DNA of 64,000 bases from Selaginella moellendorffii (GCF_000143415.4 NW_003314341.1:584394-648393), one strand, 5' to 3'; positions 49,187 to 62,892 are shown, counted from the first letter of the stretch. Numbers and translations: made by a program. Notes: generated by a model from the letters alone, not told the origin.

Positions 49187-52100
49187 TGTGAGACACAAAA
49201 TCCCTAGGCCCCAAAGTGGAGCTAGAAAGGGTGCCACGTGGTAGTGGCTGAAGCGAGAGCCAAACGAGCATAACACGTTTGGACCAAAAGCTCCGATTTG
49301 AAAAGTCAAGAGCGGGAGTGGAATTCCCAAAGAAGTGCTCGAGGAACGAGCATGGAGCGAGCAAAAAGCGAGGCTCCAAAAAGGGACCCAAAAGGACCAA
49401 CACATGACACGTGGAAGTGTCCGAGATGGACTCGAGTTGGAGTCCGAAGTGGAGTCCGAGATGGACTCGAGTTGGAGTCCGAAGTGGAGTCCGAGATGGA
49501 CCCGAGTTGGAGTCCGAAGTGGAGTCCGAGATGGACCCGAGATGGAGTCCGAGGTGGACCCGAGATGGACCTGAAATGGAGTCCGAGATGGAGTCCGAGG
49601 TGGACCCGAGATGGACCCGAAATGGAGTCCGAGATGGACCCGAGATGGAGTCCGAGATGGAGTCCGAGATGGAGTCCGAGATGGAGTCCGAAGTCGAGAC
49701 CGAGACCGGGACCGAGACCGAGACCGAGACCGAGATCGGGACCGAGAACAAGACCGAGGCCGAGGCCGAGACCGAGCCCAAGCCCGAGTCCGAGTCCAAG
49801 TCCGAGTCCGAGTCCGAGTCCGAGTTCGAGTCTGAGAGGGTGAAAGCCCAAAGCGTTCGTCTCCCAGACCCTGGGGGGTTTGGTGAGCTCCAAAAGTATA
49901 GTAGGGGGAGGACTGCAGTGGAGCCAGTTTGGCCAGGAAAGGACAGTTTGGCCCAGGAAGGCCGGACCCAGTGTTGGGTGATGAGCTGCCCACTGGGAAG
50001 TCCAAGACTAGAGTGAACACGAACCGACAAGCGGGGTAGCTTGGTGAAGTGTTCAAGAGCCGGCTCTAGTTCCCCCGGGAGATCGACTGGCCGATGCTCC
50101 CAGTCCAAGTGTGGGTGGCACTACCTACTTGGATACCTGTCGTGGCTCAACGGAACCTCGCTCTAAGCCCATGGCTAGAGCACCTAAAGGCGGAAGGCAG
50201 GGAGAGTACCCAGGTGGCTCGCGTAAGGCCACGGTGTTTTGCAATGTTGTCCCAAAGGCCCAGACTGTGGAAAGGAAGAGGAGCAGTCCTCTGGGGTAGT
50301 GACCAAGGACATAGTCGTGCGGTGAGGAAGTCCCAGAGGACCGTGGGACTTAGTGGTCGGGCCTGTGGGCCTCGATCCAGTGGCAGTGTCGGCAAACACG
50401 GCCAGGGGCAGAAAGGGACTTAGTGGGGACTGACAGAGGGATATTGGGGAAGGCTATTCCCCTTGTCGGTGGGCATCCTAAGGATGCTAAGGAGTGGATC
50501 TAAGATGACCACTCACGGATGGTTTGCCTAGTCTTGGAGAGCCAAGACTGTGATGCAAGTGGTATTGGACTACTAGTGTGGCAAAGGTGATTGGGCATGG
50601 CCTTAGCGTAACAGGCTGCCATGTCGGTGGTACCTTTGAGTGTCGGTCGTGGGATCGGACACGTGGAGCACTTGGACCAAGTGCAAATGTTGAGTGGCAT
50701 GGATGCCATTCTCGGGGCTAGCAAGTCCCGAGTCCTGAATTGGACTTATGGAGGTTGTGATTGAGACTCCTCCAAGTGGTCGGAGGTGTAGTTAAGTGAC
50801 TAAAGTAGAATGGAAAAATTAGTCACTTACAACTTGGTATCGGAGCTGTTCCTTAGTCCGACTTTTATTGGTGCTCAAGTATATCACCACTAGTGTTGGC
50901 ATCGGAAGGTCCGAGGAGTGGGCCTATCCTTGAGGAGTAGCAAGTCGGGAAGACATGGCTCTCCATTACAGTTCATGTGTGAACTTGTAGACGAGGTGGT
51001 GGATAGAAAAGGGCCAATAATGGAATGACTTTGGGATCTTGGGAACAGTGCAAGGTTTTCCTCATTGAGTTGAGGATGTGATCCGGATGAGCATTTATCT
51101 CAGCAAATTGGCTAAGGTTGTTGTGGTAAACAACTAAAGTTGGGATCACGGGAAAGATAGAGACTCCAAAATAATAAAGGAGTCACAAGATTATCCTCAT
51201 ATAGTTGAGGTTGGTGCTCATGAATGTGAGACTAAAGGTAATGACCGTGGAAGGTCAAATACGGAAGAGGACTCAAGTCCTTGAAATGGTAGCCGGGGCT
51301 ACCTTTAATAAATGCTGGAACAACCCAAGGAGTTGGGGGGTGTACTTAGAGATGAGTGGTATTCTCATCGCATGGACAAGTAGTCATAAGGGGCAAAAGT
51401 TGCCCCCAGAGAACAAAATCAAGTGTCGGAGTAACACTTGTGAAAATAGTCCTTTTGAGTAGGACAGGAATGCAAGAAGTGTATTCTAGTGAGCTAGTGC
51501 CTCACAAGTAGGACCTTACGGGTCTGTGGATTAACCAAGTCCAAAACTGCTGGATGACTCAAGTAGAGTCAAGGGATGGTCCTAAAAGGACTGATGGAAG
51601 CATTTGGACTGAGGTGTGTTGTACCCCACAAAGGATGGGGGGGGATCATAGGATCCAAGGATGAGAACAGAGGGTATCTCATCGATGGAAAAATGTGCCA
51701 TGCTAAAGTTATGGGAAAGGTGTTCCCAGAAGAAAACAACTTTGACATAAAGTTGTGTGTGACCTCTATGGGGCAGTGCTAATGGTTGGCATGAGAAAGA
51801 GCGGTGTTGGTCTTGGCAAAGACTTAGACACGAAGGGGAAATGTCATAGAGGTAGGCTCGTGGAGCCGATGGTGTGGAGACACCAAATGTGCCAAGGTGT
51901 GATACCTTGAGGCTATGTTGGTGGGTTCATGAGAACCCCTTGCCAAAGGAATCCCAATGGAAATGGGAATGGCATAGCCTAAGCTGCAGAGCATGCAGTT
52001 GGAGTGTGGTGACCCAGATAATGATGGAGGTGTGAAAGCACCAAGCAATGAGTTGTAGGACTTGACAACTATGAGGCAACTAAGCAAGAGGTGCAAAATA

Positions 52101-55100
52101 ACTGGTTAAACGGGTAGAAGGTAGCTACCCAAGACTTCTTAATAGTATAAGGAAGTTGGATATACCCTTACGGGGGATAAGTTGCTTGTGTTGCGATATA
52201 GTAAGTCAATGTCATAAAAGGAAATACTCATTGTCAAGAAAGCCATCATTGGGACACCTGGACACTCTAGAACACTAGAAGGTGGTGTTTGATGTCGCGA
52301 GGGCAATGGATAAAGCCCAAGGGACTAAGTCCCTAGCGAATGATGGATAGAAGGTGCTATCCAAATGTCCAAGGTTGCGGAGACAGGAGAGGACTGTCTA
52401 CCCGAGTTGGACAAAGCCAAAAATGGAATTTTGGCAAGGCTAGTGATGGGCATGTAAAGGCCCATAAGCAACAATGTAATCCCAGTGTGTGGGATTATAA
52501 GGTGAGCATACCCGGATTGAGGAACCACTCCCTGGGCTATTGGGTAGGTTCATCCCTAAGAATACTTGCTAAGGCATGATAGAAAGTGCAAAGCTATCCT
52601 CCTGGTCTGGAGGAGAATAACCAAAGGAAACATATAGGGCCAAAAGGCAAGTAGTATTAGGATGGAACTGAACCATAGAAATCGAAGGGCATAACCAAGG
52701 TTGGTTATGCCAATTGGGAGTGGAGAATCAAATGGGGGCTCGAGGGTGTTGCTGCTAGCAACCGTGATGCCATGGAGAGTCTAAAATATGGAATTGTCCA
52801 TACTAGACTATGTGGCAATTGGAAAGCTTGCAAAAAGGGAGGCCTTAGCAAGCTAAGGGACAGAGTTCTTTCAAGGTTCCCGAAGACGATTCTAGGTAGC
52901 TTAGTACCTAGAAAGGCCAAGTGTAAATGGTTCATAAAACGCGCAAAATCAGAGTGGCGCATGAGGCAAGGCTGTCAAGGTTAGGGAAGTAGTTCCCGAG
53001 TGTTCAAAGAGAGGGCTTTGAACGAAAGTCGATGGTTAAGGACTTTCACGCTTGTGCAAGAACCATGTTACAGTGGTCAGAGGACTTGTCAAGCGAGATT
53101 GGCAAGTCAGGGGAACAAATACCCTAGTTGAAGGTGATAACTTAAAAAAGGGTGGGCCATGGGGCCAAGCATGGAGGAGTCCATGCATGATCACAAACTT
53201 GTCAAGTGAGAGGACTTGGTAGTGCGGGGGAACTAGGTTCCTAAGTTGTGATCTGTAGCGCGCTTTAAAAATAAGTTGGTGCACCGGCGTGGGGAGTCAC
53301 GCCAGGCATCTTGTGTGATGCCGTCCGTAGATGCATATATGGAGGTTGGGTTCGAGTCCTGACCCTCTAGTGCTTGGGTTCGAGTCCCAAATCACTAGGG
53401 CATGGTGATGGTTTGGAATATGAGGACACTCATATTTCGGTGCTCATGGACTCTCAATGGGGAGACTGGTTTGGGCACACCGCCAAGCGAGGGATGCCTC
53501 GGAGTCGTGATGCACGGTTAGATTGTTTAGTGTGAAAGCTCGGCATATCTAACTTGAACGCTTTGGTGCAAGTGGCACCAAGGACGTGGTGAGTGAGATG
53601 GGGACACCTAATCTCAGTTGCTATGAACCCTTGGCCGTAAGGGCTGGCTTGGGTGCACCGCCAAGTGTGGGGGATGCCCCCGGGGTTATAGTCAACGATT
53701 TGAAGGTCTAGAAGACTAAGTACCTCTTGGCAACTCTGTTAAAGTGCCGAGGTGAGATCACTAGGTGATCTTGTGGCTAAATAAGGACAAGGTCCTTGTT
53801 TGGGTTAAGGAATAAGGTTCCTAGTTCAAAGTGTTGATTTGAACTATTGATGATGGTGTGGCTTAGTCAAGGTGACCAAGTGGGAAAAGCACCTTAGGGA
53901 AATGAGCTATGTCATTGCGATGGCATAGTGTGTCCAAGGAAAATAGTCTCTAAAGAGACCTATGAGAGGGTCACAAAGTTGGGCCGAGGATAGAGCCCAC
54001 AGCAAAAGATGAGTGGCCAAGATAGGGCCATGGAATCCATTGGAAAGAAACTAAGTGGCAAAGTTAGCCAAGGAACACTAATGTATTTTATGCTAACGGA
54101 TTGCGGAAAAAGAAGTGGACTTCCAAAGATGGATTCCCAAGTGCTCCAATTTGGCAAAGGAAAGGCTCCAAGTGAGAGAGCAACTAAGTAGCCAAAAGAT
54201 AGGGCCGTGGACAGCCCTAGCACAAATAACGATAAATGGAACGTAATGCCAATGGTGGCACAAAAAATAGAAAAGAGGGTGAGGGTGCCCTCGAGTAGAA
54301 AACTTCCTAGGAGGGGAAGTGGAGTTGCACGAAATGTGCAAGGCAAAGTGTCAGAGACACCTAGGAAATTGACTCTAAAAGGTCAAGAGTAAATGTTCCA
54401 AAATGCAAAGGTAAATCAATGGAATCTATGACTACTCAAGAATGAGTAGTGGAATTAAGTTAGAGAGGGTGTCTCTAACGGGTTTAGCGAGAACTAAACC
54501 AATAAAAAGGAGCAAACCACCCCAGGTGGTCAAGTGAGTCTCTAAGCTGGAGAGACTATCCTTCTTAGAGGATGGGCAAGGCGTGGTGAACCTTTGGTGT
54601 CGAACCATTGACGAATATGGAGAAGGCATGGTGAGCCTTCAATGTCAAACCATTGACAAATATTGGCTAGGGGCCAAGGATGGAAATGGTAACACATGCG
54701 AGTGTTACTTTATAAAATGGTTTACCGTTCGATGAGGACATCGAACTTCGTCTATGGGTGGTGGAGTTGTGAGACACAAAATCCCTAGGCCCCAAAGTGG
54801 AGCCAGAAAGGGTGCCACGTGGTAGTGGCTGAAGCGAGAGCCAAACGAGCGTAACACGTTTGGACCAAAAGCTCCGATTTGAAAAGTCAAGAGCGGGAGT
54901 GGAACTCCCAAAGAAGTGCTCGAGGAACGAGCACGGAGCGAGCAAAAAGCGAGGCTCCAAAAAGGGACCCAAAAGGACCAACACATGACACGTGGAAGTG
55001 TCCGAGATGGACTTGAGTTGGAGTCCGAAGTGGAGTCCGAGATGGACTCGAGTTGGAGTCCGAAGTGGAGTCCGAGATGGACCCGAGTTGGAGTCCGAAG

Positions 55101-56481
55101 TGGAGTCCGAGATGGACCCGAGTTGGAGTCCGAAGTGGAGTCCGAGATGGACCCGAGATGGAGTCCGAGGTGGACCCGAGATGGACCTGAAATGGAGTCC
55201 GAGATGGAGTCCGAGGTGGACCCGAGATGGACCCGAAATGGAGTCCGAGATGGAGTCCAAGATGGACCCGAGATGGAGTCCGAGATGGACCCAAAATGGA
55301 GTCCGAGATGGACCCGAGATGGAGTCCGAGATGGAGTCCGAGATGGAGTCCGAGATGGAGTCTGAAGTCGAGACCGAGACCGGGACCGAGACCGAGACCG
55401 AGACCGAGACGGAGATCGGGACCGAGAACGAGACCGAGGCCGAGGCCGAGTCCGAGTCCGAGTCCGAGTCCGAGTTCAAGTCTGAGAGGGTGAAAGCCCA
55501 AAGCGTTCGTCTCCCAGACCCTAGGGGGTTTGGTGAGCTCCAAAAGTATAGTAGGGGGAGGACTGCAGTGGAGCCAGTTTGGCCAGGAAAGGCCAGTTTG
55601 GCCCAAGAAGGCCGGACCCAATGTTGGGTGATGAGCTGCCCACTGGGAAGTCCAAGACTAGAGTGACCACGGACCGACAAGCGGGGTAGCTTGGTGAAGT
55701 GTTCAAGAGCCGGCTCTAGTTCCCCCGGGAGATCGACTGGCCGATGCTCCCAGTCCAAGTGTGGGTGGCACTACCTACTTGGATACATGTCGTGGCTCAA
55801 CGGAACCTCGCTCTAAGCCCATGGCTAGAGCACCTAAAGGCGGAAGGCGGGGAGAGTACCCAGGTGGCTCGCGTAAGGCCACGGTGTTTCGCAATGTTGT
55901 CCCAAAGGCCCAGACTGTGGAAAGGAAGAGGAGCAGTCCTCTGGGGTAGTGACCAAGGACACAGTCGTGCGGTGAGGAAGTCCCAGAGGGCCGTGGGACT
56001 TAGTGGTCGGGCCTATGGCCCTCGATCCAGTGGCAGTGTCGGCAAACACGGCCAGGGGCAGAAAGGGACTTAGTGGGGACTGACAGAGGGATATTGGGGA
56101 AGGCTATTCCCCTTGTCGGTGGGCATCCTAAGGATGCTAAGGAGTGGATCTGAGATGACCACTCACGGATGGTTTGCCTAGTCTTGGAGAGCCAAGACTG
56201 TGATGCAAGTGGTATTGGACTACTAGTGTGGCAAAGGTGATTGGGCATGGCCTTAGCGTAACAGGCTGCCATGTCGGTGGTACCTTTGAGTGTCGGTCGT
56301 GGGATCAGACACGTGGAGCACTTGGACCAAGTGCAAATGTTGAGTGGCATGGATGCCATTCTCGGGGCTAGCAAGTCCCGAGTCCTGAATTGGACTTATG
56401 GAGGTTGTGATTGAGACTCCTCCAAGTGGTCGGAGGTGTGGTTAAGTGACTAAAGTAGAATGGAAAAATTAGTCGCTTACA
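49187..56481 (+). mobile_element. Complete non-autonomous LTR element (LARD-like): 5' LTR 49187-50831, 3' LTR 54768-56481, ~3.9 kb non-coding interior
   Basis: TG...CA LTRs; TSD CCTAG (49182-49186 and 56482-56486); PBS TGGTATCGGAGC at 50835-50846; purine-rich tract before 54768; no gag/pol motifs and no internal ORF above 128 aa. Confidence 0.93.
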
Positions 56482-59400
56482 CCTAGCAAATAATGGATAG
56501 GAGGTGTTATCTAATGTCTAAGGTTGCAGAGACAAAAGAAATCCATCTATTCGAATAGGATAAAGCTAAAAGGGATTTTGGTAAGGCTAATGACAGGCAT
56601 ATAAAAGCCTATAAGTAGCAATATTAATCTTGGTGTGAATTAAGGAACCACTCCCTAGGATATTAAGTAAGTTCATCCCTAAAAATACTTGTTAAAGCAT
56701 AGTAGAAAGTGCAAAGCTATCCTCCAACCTAGAAAAGAATAACCAAGGCTTTAGCAAACTAAGGGACAGAGTCCCTTCAAGGTTCCCAAAACAATTTAAA
56801 GTAAATTAGTACCTTGAAAGATAAGTGTAAATAGTTTATAGAATGTGTGAAATCAAAATGGCGTAGCAGAAGTGTGGTTTTAAAACTTGCCTTAAGACGA
56901 GGTTATCAAGGTTGGGAAAGTAGTTCCCGAGTGTTCAAAGAGATAGCTTTAAACAAAAGTTGATGTTTAAGGACTTTTACACTTATGCAAGAAACTATGT
57001 TATACTGGTCAAATGACTTACTAAGCAAGATTGGCAAGTCAAAGGAACAAAAACCTTAGTTGAAAGTGTTGACTTCAAAAAGGGTGGCCTATGAGGCCAA
57101 GTATGGAAGAGTCTATGCATTGATCACAGATTTGTCAAATGAAAGGACTTGGCAATGTGGAGGAACTAGGTTCCTAAATTGTGATCCATAGCGCACTTTA
57201 GGTATAAATTAGAACACTGGCGTGGAGAGTCGCGCCAGACATCTTAAATGATATTGTCTATAGATGCATATATAAAGGTTGGGTTCGAGTCCCAACCCTT
57301 TAGTGTTTAGATTTGAGTCCCAACCCTCTAATGTTTAAGTTCAAGTCCTAACTCACTAGGGTATAGTGATGATTTGAAATATGAAAACATTTATTTTTCG
57401 GTTGTCATGGACTTTCGGTAAAAAGATTAACTTGGGCACACTACTAAGCAAAAGATGCCCTAAAGTCATGATGTACAGTGAAATTGCTTAGTATGAAAAC
57501 TTAGCATATTTAATTTGAATACTTTGGTGCAAGTGGCACCAAAGACATGGTGAATAAGATGGGGACACTTAAGCTTAGTTGCTATAGACCCTTGGTTGGA
57601 AGGGCTAGCTTGGGTGCACTGCCAAATGTGGGAGATACCCTCGGGGTCATGGTTAACAACTTAAAGGTTTAAAAATCCTAGTACCTATTAGCAAATTTGT
57701 TAAGATGTTAAGGTAATATTACTATGTGATCTTGTGGCTAAATAATGACAAAGCCTTTGTTTAGTTAAGAAATAAAATTCCTAATTCAAAGTATTGATTT
57801 GAACTATTAGTAATTGTATAACTTGATCAAGATGACCAAGTGGGAAGGACACCTAAAGAAAATGGGTTGTGTCAATGTGATACCATAGTGAGTCTAAAAA
57901 AAATGTCTCTAGAAAAGACTTATGGGAAGGTCACAAAGTTAAGCCATGGATAAAACCCATAGTAGGAAATGCTAAAAATACCTATTAAGGGTAAACACCT
58001 TCTAAACTTAACAAAGCAAAGCCTTTGCCATAAAATTGAAAGGATACCTTAAATATGGAGGTAGTGATCTTATATTACTTGGTGCAACAATCAAAGAATA
58101 AAAGCAAAAAACTAATGGCCAAAATTAAGCCATGAAAATCATTGGAAAAAATCTAAACAGCAAAGTTGAGCAAGAAACACTTATATGTTGGATGCTAATG
58201 GATTGTGGAAAAGGGAATGTGTTTCCAAGAATGAATTCCTAAATGTTCCAATTTGGCAAAAGTGAAAGTTCCAAGGGAGGGAGTTGCAAGATAGCCAAAT
58301 AATAGGGCCATGAACAACCTTAGCACAAATTATGGATAAATGAAATTTAATACCTAAAGTAGCATGAAATAAAAAATAAGATATGGTGCTCTTAATTAAA
58401 GAACTTCTTAGGATAGGGAAGTGGAGTTTAATTAACATGTACAATACAAGGTGTCGAAGACACCCAAGAAATTGACTTTGAGAAGACAAAATTGAAAGTT
58501 CTAAAATATGATGGTTATGTTAATGGAAATTGATACTACTCGAGAATAAGTGATTGGATTGAGATAAAAAAGGTGTCTTTAACAGATTTAACAAAAAACT
58601 AAACCAAATAAAAGAAGAGAACCACCACAAGTGGTTTAATGAGTCTATAATTCAGAGAGACTATGCTCTTCAGAGGATGGGCAAGGCATAGTGAGCATTT
58701 GGTGTTAAACCATTGACAAATATCGACTGGGTGCCAAGGATGAAAATAGTAATCTATGATAAAGTTACTTTATAAAATAATTTATTATTCAATAAGGACA
58801 TCGAACTTCATCTATGGATGGTGGAATTGTGAGACACAAATCCCTAAGCCCAAAGTGGAGTAGAAAGGGTGCCACATAGTAGTGGTCAAAGCAAAAGTCC
58901 AACAAGTGTAACATATTTGGATTTAAGGCTTCGACTTGGAAAGTCGATAGTGGGAGTGGAATTCCAAATGAAGTGCTTAAGGGATGAGCACGAAGAAATC
59001 AGTGAATGACTCTTTAAAAAGGGATACAAAAAGGATTGATACATAGCTCCTAGTGGGGGTGGCACTACCTACTTGGATACCTGGCATGGTTTAATGGAAC
59101 TTTGCTCTAGCCTCATGGCTAAGGCAAACAAAGGCGGAAGGTGGAGTACCCACAAGGTTTGTATAAGGCTATAGTGTTCCAAAATTTTGTCTTAAAGTCC
59201 CAGGTTGTGGAAAGGAAGAAGAGAAATCCCCTGGTGTAATGACCAAAGATACTACCACATGGTGAGGAAGTCCCAGAGGACAGTGGGACTTAGTAATCAG
59301 GCCTTTGTGCCTTGGCTCAATAGCGGTGTTGGCTGTGGATGAAGAAAGACATGGCGGGGACAAAAGAAGGAATTTCCTATGTCTCTAAGAATCCTAAAGG

Positions 59401-62139
59401 TGCTAAGGGATGACCACTCATAGACGGATGGCGTAGTTTTTGAGAGATGGGATTGTGATACAAGTGGTCTTGGACTATTGTTGTAACAAGGGTGAATGGA
59501 CATGGCCTCAGTGTAACGGGTTGATATATCACTGGTACCTTTAGGTGTTAGTCATGGGATCGCACACATGGAGCACTTGGACCAAGTGCAAAGGATAAGT
59601 GGTATAGATGCCATTCACAGCTAATAAGCCCCTAAATTTGGAATAAGATTTATAAAGGTTGTGAATGAAACTCTTTCAAGTGATCGGATGTATGGTTAAA
59701 TAACTAAAGTAGAATGGAAAATTTAATTGCTTATAGTCCTTCTCTCACTAGTCTAAACAAATTTTTCTAACCTCATTGCCATCTTCACTCTTCAAGCCAC
59801 AACATAGTAATGGTTATTTCTTCCTTGAATATAAAGCATTGGCAGCATGGTCATCATGTTGAATACCCCATAGACTATCCCATTTACTAGAGTTGACTGA
59901 CAGTTTTGGTGAAAAGATTTTAAGTCTTAATGATAACATCAGTTAACATTACTAGAAAATCTTTCTTGACCTTCTATTGCATATCCATTGAGCTCAAAAT
60001 TTTGAGGAAACATTACACCTTTAGCAACTCATTATAGGTGCTCATGAAACTAAAGAAAAGATCACGAAACTTGCAATATGCATCCAAAGACAAAGTCTTA
60101 TACTTAATCTATAGCATCTGATTCACAAGATCAACTTCTTCAAACTTTTTGATAAATAAAGTGCAGAAAATTTTCTTCAAATCACTCTAAAAAGTTAGCT
60201 TTAGATTAGCTTTGATATAGTTCTTCCACCACAAAGAAGCATAGCTAGTAAGCTTTGTCACAAAAATAAAAAAATCAACTTCACCTTATCCTCATAAGGA
60301 TTGTGAAATCAATAGCTTTCCCACAATTCCAACTGAGAATTAACATTTTGGCTAGCACAAACATCTGGTGATAACTTCTATTTTGTGATACTATAATTGT
60401 TGGCATGCTTGATGTACCAATAGTAATCATAAACATGAGATTGATTCAACACTTAAGGGTCTAATTTTTAATGAGATTGATAGAATCTTTAACCTCTTTA
60501 ATGTTATTCTAAACTTTAGTAATTTGGTATTCTTGCTGCATGACAATATCATCAAGAGTCTTTTCCTCATCATAAAAACCATTATCACTAATGTGATACT
60601 CTTCATCAAGATTTATATCACACTGAACTGCCATCCCCAAAAGAACATGCTGCTCTGATACTAATGAAACTAACAAGGAGCAAACTTAACCTCCCAACCA
60701 CAACACAAGGCATAAAATATTCTTGGAATATTCTGTGGTCAAGCTTGCTAGTGGAGGAGTGCGTATTTAGCTAGGTTAGATCACCACTAAGGATATGGAG
60801 CACTTTTGACTTGGCTATAGAAGCTAAGAAAGACAAGGAAAACATAGGATTAATGACTTCAATACAAGCTGATGGATAAATATATATCCATAAATAATTT
60901 CTTTTAGGTTTCTAATTTGTGAGCTAATTTTCTGTAAATTAATATTAATAGGCAGTATAAACATATGAGAAAATATTATCAAGACACTTGAAGAATTAAA
61001 ATATTTATATATGAAATCAATATTTATCTGTGAAATTAGTTGTATTACAATAAAAACACTTCTAGTTATTTAATAATTAGAAAACTAACACATTGTAATA
61101 ACTGCATTAGAAAAACCTTTAGTTGATAAAATTCCTAAGAGAAAGTATATGAGATTTTAAGTTAAATTAGTCAAGTTTCATAAACAGAATCATTTTTTAA
61201 ATTATATTTAAAATTCTAACTACATAATTAATAGATAAAAATAAGTACTTTATTTCCATGGCATCTAGAATTCCATTGCAACACTGAGAGGGGTTTAGTT
61301 CCAATCCATAGTATGCTCTATATGCCACATAAGGTTTTCAATCTTTTGAGAGTAAGGCTTGTGCAATAAGTGTAACAAGAGTTTGGAATTGGATTTTTGT
61401 TCTTTCCAGGACAACATATACATTAATAAGAATTAAAATATTTAAAAAGTCAATTGCAATTACTAAAATATATACAGATTAGTAAGTGAGAAATGATTAC
61501 TTTTTAACTCATTTTTTCTTAATATATTAGTAGAAAATGAATTGTTAAAGATAAGTTTTTATATTTCACCCAGTGAAACTATATTTACCTTCTCTTTGGT
61601 GAAGAGCAATATTTACTTTCTTTCTGGATAAATTTTGTGAGACTCAAAAGGTTAAACCATAAATCCAAAAGTTTTGTGATAGGTTTGAGAATTTTATATC
61701 ACTTGCTAATAACTTGTTGTTCTGGCATTTCTTTTTTATCTTGACAAAATGGCATGGGAAGACTTTGAGGTTCTTTCTTTATTTTCCTATTGTGTTTTTT
61801 CATAATTGTGCAATTTTTACAAGTTCTTGGGATATTATCAATTATACCATTCATCTAAGCCTAAGATATGTTGGATGGATAAATGCTCCATTAATAAGGT
61901 AATAAGTTGTAGAAGTTTAATCACAAAAACATTTTGTTCTGTCAGATATTACCAGCCAAAACAATGTCTAAAATACCTTGTAGGCTCCCAAAACAAATCC
62001 ATAATATACCAAATGTAGCATAAACTTCCCATATGGCCTTTTAGTGCTCTTAAAGGATTTGCAGTGAACTTGTGTATTTTTAATTTGAAATCCTGGGCTA
62101 GACTTCTTCCTACAAATTTATATAACAAAAATCATCCAC

Positions 62140-62625
62140 TAAAAACTTTTGGTCTAAAGAAACTGACATAAGCATGCTCTCAACAGTTAGCAAAAATAGG
62201 TATATACCATGATACCCTATATTGGTAATCTGGTGGACTGATCCTAATGACCACTTACACTTACAGAGATGGCAATAAAAACAAAAAGAATGAAAATCTT
62301 CCTGGTTGTTTCTTCACTGCAAAGAGAACAGAAACAAGGCTCTATATATTTTAAAGAGAAGAAGTTTTATCTAGAGCAATATGATACATATAAAGTTGCT
62401 AATGAGTGATGGATGATTTGAAACTAGACATAAGAGTGGATCCAAACTTACCACTAGCCTAAACATACAAATGTAAAGTTGTGATCCTCTACTTCATAGT
62501 TACCCACAAATACAATTTGGTGATATGTTCTTTCTAGGCAAGAGACTATAGCTGTGAAGTACATTAGAATTATTAAGTTTTGAGCTTAGCATAAAAGAAA
62601 TAATTTGTTGTATGCAATGGTGCTT
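62140..62625 (+). repeat. Dispersed repeat, copy 2 (copy 1 at ~42650-43165)
   Basis: Same shared blocks as copy 1, same orientation. Confidence 0.9.
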
Positions 62626-62892
62626 AGTTTGATTAATAATAGTGTTATTCCTCTTTAGTGTTATCTATTAATTTAATTGATCAATAAAAATAAACACAAG
62701 ATTAAACTTACTGATTAGATGGTAGAATAAACTATTTATAAATTTTAAATACAAGATTAAGATAAATAAATATCAATTGTTAGATGGTAGAATATCCTAG
62801 AATATCCAACATATTCTAGGTATATCCACTTTGCTTAAAATAGCATTAAGCACTTTGATCGAATATACTATTCTAAACATAATAATTGCAAC

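Larger units (their letters stand above)
46810..59735 (+). mobile_element. Old 5'-truncated copy of the LARD-like element; host of two younger insertions; 3' LTR 58828-59735 lacks the minisatellite
   Basis: 46810-46933, 48830-49186 and 56487-58827 are colinear with 51850-54767. PPT and LTR termini recognisable. Confidence 0.85.
43350..60740 (-). mobile_element. Old degenerate Ty3/gypsy element, second family (tRNA-Met PBS), interrupted at ~46.8-59.7 kb
   Basis: Integrase tail (HLTFHVNKLK), RNase H (EIDANDISIRAVLLQ), RT YFDDILVF at ~45250-45275, protease FDPG at ~46275, gag remnant ~60.0-60.4 kb, PBS remnant tagtatcagagc at 60652-60663. Confidence 0.8.

Noticed and set aside
49968-50012. Weak resemblance of the LARD LTR (tgggtga...ctgggaagtcc) to 5S box C
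   Set aside because: Spacing is off by several nt and there is no box A; cannot be distinguished from chance without a covariance-model search.
62690-62820. Short AT-rich tandem repeat and hairpin cctagaatat-ccaac-atattctagg, possible Helitron or MITE end
   Set aside because: No matching terminus or TSD identifiable; low complexity.
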